DNA from: an uncultured Gemmatimonadota bacterium
Lineage (GTDB): Bacteria; Gemmatimonadota; Gemmatimonadetes; Palauibacterales; Palauibacteraceae
Direction of reading: 5' to 3'
Length of the DNA: 64,000 nucleotides
NCBI GenBank assembly: GCA_964499635.1
Contig: CAZCLY010000013.1
Span: 62,329 to 126,328, forward strand
A program made the position numbers and the translations under genes. The notes beneath the pieces were generated by a model. It had not been told where the DNA came from, made no database searches, and worked only from the letters and a program-made list of their open reading frames with translations. Shown here one piece after another: positions 27,090 to 35,027 of this stretch (positions are counted from its first letter, which is position 1; each line of letters starts with the position of its first letter).

Positions 27090-27446
27090 ATGGAGGTGGT
27101 TGTGTCATTGCAGATCACGGGACGCGTCATCGAGATCCTCGAGGAGCAATCCGGGACGGGGAAGAACGGGCCGTGGCGCAAACAGGACTTCATCCTCGAG
27201 ACCGAGGGGCGCTTTCCGAGCCAGGTCTGCATCACGCAATGGGGCGAGAACATCGAGCAGTTCGCGGTGGAGCCGGGGGAGAATCTCACGGCTCATATCG
27301 ATATCCGCAGCCGTGAGTACAACGGCCGCTGGTACACCGACGTGAAGGCCTGGAAGGTCGAGCGGGGGGATCGAACCGGGGAGTCGGGCGGCGGATCGCT
27401 GCCCCCGCCCGTCGAGGAGGACCTGGACGCCGACCTGCCGTTCTGA
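27090..27446 (+). CDS. DUF3127-family small protein
   Basis: Family profile SLQITGRVIEILEEQSGTGKNGPWRKQDFILET....P...CIT.WG.NI.QF.........H....SREYNGRWYTDVKAWKVE. An alternative GTG start at 27102 lies 5 nt after GGAGG. Confidence 0.65.
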   Translation: MEVVVSLQITGRVIEILEEQSGTGKNGPWRKQDFILETEGRFPSQVCITQWGENIEQFAVEPGENLTAHIDIRSREYNGRWYTDVKAWKVERGDRTGESGGGSLPPPVEEDLDADLPF

Positions 27447-27552
27447 GCCTCGGGGGTCTCGACGCCGTGGGAGCCGCGGCGTCAGCGGGCCGGCCGTCGG
27501 GCGTGCCTCGGTCGGCGAGGGTACCAAACACGCCACCGGAAAGGGGAAAGCC

Positions 27553-29040
27553 ATGGATCGACGCGGATTCTGTCGGAGCGCGCTGGCGGCGGGGGTCACC
27601 GTCGCCCTTCCGGGCTTCACGGCCTGCGAGCGGATGGCGCGGAACGCGACGCGCGCGCGGGTCCCCGCGATCTCGCTCGCCGGAGAGGAGATCGAGCTCG
27701 AGGGGGCCGCGATCCAGGAGCTGGCGGACGCCATGACCGGTCCGCTCCTTCTCGCCGACGACCCGGGGTACGAGCAGGCCCGGCACATCTGGAACGGCAT
27801 GCACGACAAGCACCCCGCCCTCATCGCGCGTTGCCGGAATCCCGCCGATGTCACGCACGCCGTGAGCTTCGCGCGCGAGCGCGAGCTACTGCTCGCGGTG
27901 AAGGGTGGTGGCCACAGCTGGCCCGGCACGTCGGTGTGCGAGGGCGGGCTGATGGTCGACCTCTCCTCGATGAACGGGGTCACCGTGGACGCGGAAGCAC
28001 GCACGGCGGCCGCCGGGGGTGGCGCGCTCCTCAACGGGCTCGACACGGCGACACTCGCGCAGGGCCTGGTCACCACCGCCGGGGTCGTGTCGCACACCGG
28101 AGTGGGTGGCTTCACGCTCGGGGGCGGCTTCGGGCGGGTGAACCGCAAGTTCGGTCTGGCGGTCGACAACCTCGTATCGGCCGAGATCGTCACGGCCGAC
28201 GGCCAGCTGCGCCGTGTGAGCGAGGAGGAGGAGCCCGATCTGTTCTGGGCGATCCGCGGCGGGGGCGGCAACTTCGGGGTCGTGACGCAGTTCGTGTACC
28301 GCGTCCATCCGTTCGACCGGAACGTGCTGTCGGGGATGATCATGTGGCCGATGGACCAGGCGCACGACGTCCTCGACTTCTACGGCGGGTGGTACGGCGG
28401 GCTGTCCGATGAGCTGTACGTCGGACCGGTGCTGGTGACGACGCCCGACGGCCAGGGCGTCGTCGTGATGGAGGTCGTCTACGCCGGGGACCCGGCGGCG
28501 GGCGAGCGCGAGCTCGCGCCGCTCCGCCGCCTCGGCACGCCGATCGAGGACGGGGTCGTCGTCCAGGACTACATGGTGATGCAGACGAAGGACGACGAGC
28601 CGTTCGCTCCCGGCGTCCGATCCTACGCCAAGAACGGCATGGTGAAGGAGATCACCCCCGAGCTGCTCGACGCGATGATCGACGCGTACGTGGCCGACCC
28701 GCGTCTCGCGTGCTTCACGCACACGGTGGGCGGGGCCGTGAAGCGGGTCGACGAGCTCGCGACGGCGTTTCCGCACCGGAACGTCGAGTCGATGATCATC
28801 GTCGCGGGCGGGTGGCACGATCCGGCCCAGGACGAGGAGGCGATCGCCACGGCGCGCGAGTGGTTCGGGGCGCTCGAGCCGTTCACGGGCGGCTACTACG
28901 ACAACATCGACTACGAGCGCACCGCGGCCACCGGGAACTACGGCCCGGCGTACGAGCGACTGAGCCGCATAAAGGCGCGGTACGATCCGATGAACCTGTT
29001 CCGCCTGAACAGCAACATCGCGCCCCTGGCCGGCGCCTGA
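27553..29040 (+). CDS. FAD-linked oxidase (berberine-bridge-enzyme-like), Tat-secreted
   Basis: Twin-arginine signal MDRRGFCRSALAAGVTVALPGFTA. FAD-binding PCMH region (VKGGGHSW, GGGFG). C-terminal BBE-like domain. Confidence 0.8.
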   Translation: MDRRGFCRSALAAGVTVALPGFTACERMARNATRARVPAISLAGEEIELEGAAIQELADAMTGPLLLADDPGYEQARHIWNGMHDKHPALIARCRNPADVTHAVSFARERELLLAVKGGGHSWPGTSVCEGGLMVDLSSMNGVTVDAEARTAAAGGGALLNGLDTATLAQGLVTTAGVVSHTGVGGFTLGGGFGRVNRKFGLAVDNLVSAEIVTADGQLRRVSEEEEPDLFWAIRGGGGNFGVVTQFVYRVHPFDRNVLSGMIMWPMDQAHDVLDFYGGWYGGLSDELYVGPVLVTTPDGQGVVVMEVVYAGDPAAGERELAPLRRLGTPIEDGVVVQDYMVMQTKDDEPFAPGVRSYAKNGMVKEITPELLDAMIDAYVADPRLACFTHTVGGAVKRVDELATAFPHRNVESMIIVAGGWHDPAQDEEAIATAREWFGALEPFTGGYYDNIDYERTAATGNYGPAYERLSRIKARYDPMNLFRLNSNIAPLAGA

Positions 29041-29110
29041 ACGACAACCTTCCGGCGCCCCGGTCGATCAAACCGATCGCGACGAAGACGAGTCCTCGTC
29101 AGGGCAGGGC

Positions 29111-29600
29111 ATGCTGCGAGATCTGCGATACGCGCTCCGGGCGATGCGACGCGAGCCCGGCTTCTTCGGCCTCACGGCACTCATCGTCGGGGTGGGGTCG
29201 GCGCCTGTACCGCCGTGTTCAGCGTGCTGAACCCGGTCCTGCTTCGGCCGCTCCCCTTCCGGGAGCCCGACCGGCTCGGGTGGATCGCGAACGCCGGCGA
29301 CCCGAGCGCGGGGATGTCCGGGGTCACCTCCCGCCCTTCCAACCTGTGCGACTTCCGTGCTCTCGGCCGATCCTTCGAGGGCCTAGCCGCTACAACGCGT
29401 TCTTCGGGCAGGGGAGCTACAACCTGGTCGGCGACGGCGAGCCCGAGCGGCTGATCGGCGCGGGCGTGGCACGGGATTTCCTCGACGTGCTGGGCGTGCG
29501 GCGCTCGAGTCGCGGCGCGAGACCCGCCGGGCTCGTCCGGCGCTCGTTCCGGGGCTACCGCCAAGACACCCCGGGACCGGTCCCGACCTCCCGCGGCGCG
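29111..29600 (+). pseudogene. N-terminal fragment of an ADOP/FtsX permease gene (frameshifted and truncated)
   Basis: ATG 29111 encodes the canonical ADOP start MLRDLRYALRAMRREPGFFGLTALIVGVG, then hits a stop at 29228. The family sequence continues after a +1 shift (FSVLNPVLLRPLPFREPDRL...FEGLAA) and a second 1-nt shift (YNAFFGQGSYNLVGDGEPERLIGAGVARDFLDVLGV). Similarity then fades. The region overlaps the 3' end of the convergent flavoprotein gene. Confidence 0.55.
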
Positions 29601-30844
29601 CCGGCTGCGGTTCGGTTCCTCGCCAGGTACCCCGCCAGGTGCGCGCTCAGGTCCCGGGCGTCGTCGCCGGCCCCGTCGATGAGGCTCGACTTGCGGCGTC
29701 TCAGGAACGGGATGCCCATGAGGTACATGCCGGGGGCCTCGACCACGCCGCCGTCGTGCCGGATGCGCCCCTTGCGGTCGAACACGGGGACCTCGATCCA
29801 CGAATGATCGGGCCGGAACCCGGTCGCCCACATGATGGTGCGGATCTCGCCGCTCGTCAGATCGACACCGAGCGGCGGCGATGCCTCCACACGGGTCGGC
29901 TCGAAGCGGTGCGCCGGCTCGACGGTCCCCTCGAGCCCGTTCTCCAGAACCCACTCGTCGATCCGGTCGAGCAGGCGGTTCATCTTGAGGTCGGCCAGGG
30001 CGCATACGTTCGGGAGCGAGCCGGAGAGCTGGGCCGTTCCCTGCTGGATGCCGGCGAGCCGGCCGATGAGCTTCACGCCGATCGCGGTGAGCGAGTTGAG
30101 ATCGACGGTGTGGCGGTCTTCGGAGCCCGCGAGCTGCAGCGAGGGGAGGCTCCGCACCCGGTCGAGGTTGTCGACCTCGTCGTAGCGCTCGTCGAGCACG
30201 CCGCAACGGTCCATCCACCACTCGATGTCCCGCCCGCGATACACGCGCGGCACGCGCACGTGCTCGCCCACCGACAGCGTGACGGGCCGGCCGGAGCGGT
30301 GGACCTCGTCGGCGATCTGGCTCCCCGTGGCCGACGCGCCCACGATGAGCACGCCGCCCTCGGCGAGCTGCTCGGGGTTCCGGTACTCCATCGGAGTGAG
30401 CGTATCGATCCCCGCGGGCACGAGATCCGCGACGCGCGGCACGCTGGGGGTGTTGCAGGCGCCGCTCGCGATCACCACGGCCTTCGTCTCCCAGCTCCCG
30501 CGGTCGGTCGACACCCGGTAGCCCTCGTCCATGGCCTTCACCGAGGTGACGGTGGTGTGCGTCTCTACCGGGGCGCGGATCGCCTTCGCGTAGCGCGTGA
30601 TGAAGGCGATCGTCTCGGGCATGTCGCGGAAGCCGTCGGGATCTTCCCCGTCGTAGCCGAAGCCGGGGAGCCGGCTCTGCCAGTTGGGCGTCAGAAGCCG
30701 GAGCGAGTCCCAGCGCTCGGTCCGCCACGAGTTCGCCACCTCGCCGCGCTCGAGGACCACGTGGTCGATCGAGCGCTCGGCGAGACAGCGACTCATGGCC
30801 AGACCGGCGTGGCCGGCCCCGATGATGACGGTCGTGGTGCGCAC
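29555..30844 (-). CDS. flavin-containing monooxygenase-like NAD(P)/FAD-binding oxidoreductase (CzcO-like)
   Basis: GTG 30844, 9 nt after AGGGAG, gives N-terminus MRTTTVIIGAGHAGLA (GxGxxG FAD site). A second dinucleotide motif VLIVGASATGSQIA. The track ORF extends 47 codons upstream with non-protein-like sequence. Confidence 0.7.
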   Translation of the reverse strand: MRTTTVIIGAGHAGLAMSRCLAERSIDHVVLERGEVANSWRTERWDSLRLLTPNWQSRLPGFGYDGEDPDGFRDMPETIAFITRYAKAIRAPVETHTTVTSVKAMDEGYRVSTDRGSWETKAVVIASGACNTPSVPRVADLVPAGIDTLTPMEYRNPEQLAEGGVLIVGASATGSQIADEVHRSGRPVTLSVGEHVRVPRVYRGRDIEWWMDRCGVLDERYDEVDNLDRVRSLPSLQLAGSEDRHTVDLNSLTAIGVKLIGRLAGIQQGTAQLSGSLPNVCALADLKMNRLLDRIDEWVLENGLEGTVEPAHRFEPTRVEASPPLGVDLTSGEIRTIMWATGFRPDHSWIEVPVFDRKGRIRHDGGVVEAPGMYLMGIPFLRRRKSSLIDGAGDDARDLSAHLAGYLARNRTAAGAPREVGTGPGVSWR

Positions 30845-30872
30845 GGGAACGGTCTCCCTCGTCCGCTTCCGC

Positions 30873-31436
30873 CTAGACGACGTCGACCGTGACGTTCGTC
30901 GGGTTGGTGACGATGTCGTACACCGCCGAGCGCTTCTGCGACTGGGCCACGACGGCCCTGATCTCGTCGGGCGTCGCGTCCGCATCGATCTCGTACCTCA
31001 CCTTGATCCCGTCGAACCCGTTCCGGACCTCGCCGTCGATCCCGAGGATCCCCTGGATGTCCATCCCGCCCTCGAGCGTCGCGGTCACGGACCGGAGCTG
31101 GATGTCGCGCATCTGAGCGACCGAAGCGATCCCCGCCGTGAGGCAGCTCGCCAGTCCGGCGAGCACCATCTCCACGGGGGTCGCGCCGTGATCCTCCGAG
31201 GCGAACACCTCGGGGTGGTCGGCGTCGAAGGTGAACGCCGTCCGGTGCCTCTGCTCTTCGCCCAGACCGAAGAACCCCTCCACGGTGGAGCGGCTGTGCG
31301 TGCCGTTGATCCACTCGCAGGTCGTGCGCCACTGGAAGCGGGCGGCTTCGGGGGCCTCCGACAGGGCCTCGCGGGCACCCAGCAGGGCCTCCACGTTGAC
31401 TCCGTTGTCGACCGGCCGGGTGGTGGTGGTCTCCAT
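30873..31436 (-). CDS. OsmC/Ohr-family peroxiredoxin-like protein
   Basis: ATG 31436 after AGGAGGAG. 187-aa product whose length and the two conserved Cys positions (CEWINGT and SCLTAGI) fit the OsmC family. The upstream 81 codons of the track ORF are not protein-like. Confidence 0.8.
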   Translation of the reverse strand: METTTTRPVDNGVNVEALLGAREALSEAPEAARFQWRTTCEWINGTHSRSTVEGFFGLGEEQRHRTAFTFDADHPEVFASEDHGATPVEMVLAGLASCLTAGIASVAQMRDIQLRSVTATLEGGMDIQGILGIDGEVRNGFDGIKVRYEIDADATPDEIRAVVAQSQKRSAVYDIVTNPTNVTVDVV

Positions 31437-31669
31437 GGTCGTTCTCCTCCTGTCGATTTCGGGTGTGGGCGAGTCATCGCGACCTGTGCGGATGCACGCC
31501 GCCATCCGTAAGCTTCGCCGATCGGGAGCCACTCGGCCAGCGCTGCCCGCGTGGCGGTCGGTGGCTCCGTGCCGAGCGTGGCGGGAACCGCTCCGCGTCC
31601 TGCTTCTGTCGTGTCGGCGCGCGGACCCGCATCTTCGTGTACACCCCATACGACCGGAAAAAGGCTTCC

Positions 31670-32842
31670 GTGGGCTCACCGTTCACCCGAGACCGGTACG
31701 ACGTCGTGATCGCGGGCGCGCGCTGTGCGGGCGCCCCGACCGCCATGCTGCTGGCACGCCGCGGACTCCGCGTGCTGGCGGTCGACCCGGTGCGCTACGG
31801 GGCGGACACGCTCTCGACGCACGCACTCATGCGGGGCGCCGTGCTGCAGCTTCACCGCTGGGGCGTGCTCGAGGCGGTGCGCGCGTCGGGGACGACCGCG
31901 ATCACCACGACGACCTTCCACTACGGCGCCGAGACGATCGAGGTGCGCATCGAGCCGCGGAACGGGGTCGACGCCCTGTATGCGCCCAGACGGACGGTGC
32001 TCGACCCGATCCTGGTGGATGCAGCGCTGGAAGCGGGCGCCGAGGTGGTGCACGGGCGTTCCGTCGTCGACCTGATCCGTGACGACGCGGGCCGCGTGCG
32101 CGGCGCGAGGATCTCCGGCGCCGATCGCGCGACGACCGACGTAGTGGCCGACCTCGTGATCGGCGCCGATGGGATGCGGTCGAGGGTAGCACGCATCCTC
32201 GACGCCGAGGTCGACTACACGGTGCCCCACGCCGCCTGCTCGATCTACGGGTACTGGCGGGGCGTCCCGTTCGAGGGCAACCACTGGTTCTACGACCCCG
32301 GCGTGAGCATCGGGACGATCCCCACCAACGATGACGCCACGTGCGTGTTCGCCCTCATCCCGCAGAGCCGGTTCCGGGAGCGGCGAGAGGAAGGGATCGA
32401 TGTCCTGTTCCACGAGGCCGTGGGTCGCGTGTCGCCCGAGCTCGCGGCGGTCGTGTCGGCGGAGCCGGCGGATGCCGCCCCGGAGAACGGCGCGACGGGA
32501 AAGCTGCGCGCCTTCGCGGGCTCGCCCGGCTTCCTGCGTCGCGCCGCGGGACCGGGTTGGGCGCTGGTCGGCGACGCCGGCTACTTCCGGGACCCGATCA
32601 CCGCGCACGGCATCAGCGACGCCCTCCGCGAAGCCGAGCTCCTGTCGCGTGCGATCACCCGTGACGGGGACGACGGTCTTCGCACCTACCAGACGGAACG
32701 CGATGCGCGCGTCAGGGGGCTCCTCGACGTGACCCACCGCATCTCGTCCTTCGACTGGAACCTGAAGCAGGCGAAAGAGCTTCACCTCGAGCTGAACCGC
32801 CAGATGAAGGCGCAGGTGGAGGTCCTGCTGGCCCTGGACTAG
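31670..32842 (+). CDS. FAD-dependent monooxygenase (aromatic-ring hydroxylase-like)
   Basis: GTG 31670 gives MGSPFTRDRYDVVIAGARCAGAPTAMLLARRG (GxGxxG). DG motif LVIGADGMRSRVA. GDAGYFRDPITAHGISDAL FAD-binding C-motif. Divergent from the OsmC gene. Confidence 0.7.
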   Translation: MGSPFTRDRYDVVIAGARCAGAPTAMLLARRGLRVLAVDPVRYGADTLSTHALMRGAVLQLHRWGVLEAVRASGTTAITTTTFHYGAETIEVRIEPRNGVDALYAPRRTVLDPILVDAALEAGAEVVHGRSVVDLIRDDAGRVRGARISGADRATTDVVADLVIGADGMRSRVARILDAEVDYTVPHAACSIYGYWRGVPFEGNHWFYDPGVSIGTIPTNDDATCVFALIPQSRFRERREEGIDVLFHEAVGRVSPELAAVVSAEPADAAPENGATGKLRAFAGSPGFLRRAAGPGWALVGDAGYFRDPITAHGISDALREAELLSRAITRDGDDGLRTYQTERDARVRGLLDVTHRISSFDWNLKQAKELHLELNRQMKAQVEVLLALD

Positions 32843-32953
32843 CCACCGGCGGCGCACCACGTGCGTCAGTTGCGCCACGTTCGACCGCGGCGCGCCATGG
32901 GTCCCGCCACGACCGCTCCGGTCTCCCCTCGACTTCGCTCTGTGTCGCGAAGC

Positions 32954-33057
32954 TGCGAATCGCAATCACGAATCGAACCCGCGGATGCTGGGGACACCCG
33001 CCATTACGCCGCTTCACGAATGTACGAATCGCGAGGTTGCGACAGGGGGACACGAAT
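32954..33057. promoter_or_regulatory. cluster of five ACGAAT/CGAATCG motifs (A/T-rich island) upstream of the ABC exporter gene
   Basis: Read from the sequence. TGCGAATCGCAATCACGAATCGAAC ... CACGAATGTACGAATCGCGAGG ... CACGAATGG, 90-190 nt upstream of the 33146 start. Shares GCAA(A)TCACGA with the 6330-6374 palindrome region. Confidence 0.25.
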
Positions 33058-33145
33058 GGCCGGCCACGACGCTCGGGCGCGTCGGCGGTGGCGACCGTCG
33101 TAGATTGCCCGACGCGAGTTCACGAGCGGGGAGTCCGGACGAGAC

Positions 33146-35008
33146 ATGGGCGACGAGAAGAGGAAAGTCCGATTGCGCGATGTACGCGGCGAGGCGTGGT
33201 CGCTGATCGTCGCGCAGCGGGGACCGCTCGGTGTGGGCCTCGGGCTGATGATCATCGGCCGTCTGGCGAGCTTCGTCCTGCCGGCGAGCTCGAAGTTCAT
33301 CATCGACGATGTGATCGGGAAGGGGCGCCCGGAGCTCCTCGTGCCGATCGCGCTGGCTGCCGGCGCGGCCACGCTGGTGCAGGCGGCCACCTCGTTCGGT
33401 CTGGCCAGGATCGTGAGCATCGCCGCGCAGCGGGCGATCCGCGACATGCGCACCACGGTCCAGGCGCACGTGATCCGCCTGCCGGTCGCGTTCTTCGATG
33501 CCACAAAGTCGGGCACGCTGATCACCCGCATCATGAGCGACGCGGAGGGCATCCGGAACCTGGTCGGCACGGGGCTGGTGCAGCTCGTCGGCGGTCTCAC
33601 GACGGCCGTGCTCGCGCTCGGCGTCCTTCTGTGGCTCAACTGGGCGATGACGATCGGCGCCATCGCCCTCCTGGCGGTGTTCGCCGTGGTCATCGGCTGG
33701 TCGATGAAGAAGCTGCGACCGATCTTTCGCGAGCGGTGGCAGATCGAGTCCGAGGTGACGGGGCGGCTGGGCGAAGCGCTGGGCGGCGTGCGGCTCCTCA
33801 AGGTGTACGTGGCCGAGGAGCGCGAGCGCGGCATCTTCCACGACGGCGTCGACCGGCTGTTCCGCACGATCGCGAAGACGATCACCGGGACATCCGCCGT
33901 GTCGGCCTTCTCGACGGTGGTGGTGGGCGCGATCAGCATGCTCATCATGATCGTCGGCGGCCGCGCCATTCTCGCGGGCAGCATGACCCTCGGCGACCTG
34001 GTCATGTACATCTTCTTCGTCGGGCTCATGGTCGCGCCGCTGGTCCAGATCGCCTCCATCGGGACGCAGCTCAGCGAGGCGTTCGCGGGTCTCGACCGGA
34101 TCCGGGAGATCCGGGGCAAGCCGACCGAGGACGCGGAGGACGATCGCCGCGAGCCGGCGGCGGAGCTCGAGGGGGCCGTCTCGTTCGACGGCGTGGACTT
34201 CGAGTACGAGCCCGACACGCCGGTCCTGCGCGACGTCTCCTTCGACGCGCCCGCCGGCACGACCACCGCGCTCGTCGGCCCGAGCGGGGCGGGGAAGAGC
34301 ACGCTCATCAACCTGGTGATGGCGTTCGCGCGACCGAAGCGCGGGCGCGTGCTCGTGGATGGGCGGGATCTTGCGATCCTCCGCCTGCGCGACTACCGCC
34401 GGCAGCTCGGCGTCGTCATGCAGGAGAACATCCTGTTCGACGGAACGATCGCCGAGAACATCGCCTTCGCCCACCCGGACGCCCCCGAGGAGGAGATCAT
34501 CGCCGCGGCGCGCGTGGCGCACTGCGACGAGTTCGTCGACCGCTTCGAGAACGGGTACGACACGGTGGTGGGTGAGCGCGGCGTCAAGCTGTCGGGCGGG
34601 CAGCGCCAGCGGGTCGCGATCGCGCGGGCCATCCTCGCCGATCCCCGCATCCTGATCCTCGACGAGGCCACCTCGAGCCTGGACAGCGAGAGCGAGGCGC
34701 TCATCCGGGACGGCCTCCTGAACCTGCGCCGCGGGCGCACGACGTTCGTGATCGCGCACCGGCTGTCGACCATCCAGAGCGCCGACCAGATCCTCGTCCT
34801 CGACGGCGGTCGGATCGTCGAGCGCGGACGGCACGTGGAGCTGCTGGCCGACGGCGAGGGCCTGTATCGCCGACTGTACGAGAAGCAGCGCATGATCGTG
34901 GAGGACGCGTACGTGAACCCAGGCGAGGATCCGATCCCGGACGCCGCGCGGCCGGGTCCGGAGCCGGACGACGACCGGGCGATCGCGTCGGCATCCCGCC
35001 GTCTGTGA
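33146..35008 (+). CDS. ABC exporter, fused permease/ATP-binding protein (MsbA-like type I exporter)
   Basis: Six-TM N-terminal domain. Walker A GPSGAGKST. Signature LSGGQRQR. Walker B ILILDEATSSLD. H-loop AHRLST. Confidence 0.9.
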   Translation: MGDEKRKVRLRDVRGEAWSLIVAQRGPLGVGLGLMIIGRLASFVLPASSKFIIDDVIGKGRPELLVPIALAAGAATLVQAATSFGLARIVSIAAQRAIRDMRTTVQAHVIRLPVAFFDATKSGTLITRIMSDAEGIRNLVGTGLVQLVGGLTTAVLALGVLLWLNWAMTIGAIALLAVFAVVIGWSMKKLRPIFRERWQIESEVTGRLGEALGGVRLLKVYVAEERERGIFHDGVDRLFRTIAKTITGTSAVSAFSTVVVGAISMLIMIVGGRAILAGSMTLGDLVMYIFFVGLMVAPLVQIASIGTQLSEAFAGLDRIREIRGKPTEDAEDDRREPAAELEGAVSFDGVDFEYEPDTPVLRDVSFDAPAGTTTALVGPSGAGKSTLINLVMAFARPKRGRVLVDGRDLAILRLRDYRRQLGVVMQENILFDGTIAENIAFAHPDAPEEEIIAAARVAHCDEFVDRFENGYDTVVGERGVKLSGGQRQRVAIARAILADPRILILDEATSSLDSESEALIRDGLLNLRRGRTTFVIAHRLSTIQSADQILVLDGGRIVERGRHVELLADGEGLYRRLYEKQRMIVEDAYVNPGEDPIPDAARPGPEPDDDRAIASASRRL

Positions 35009-35027
35009 TGGGGCGTCCCTCCCCCGG

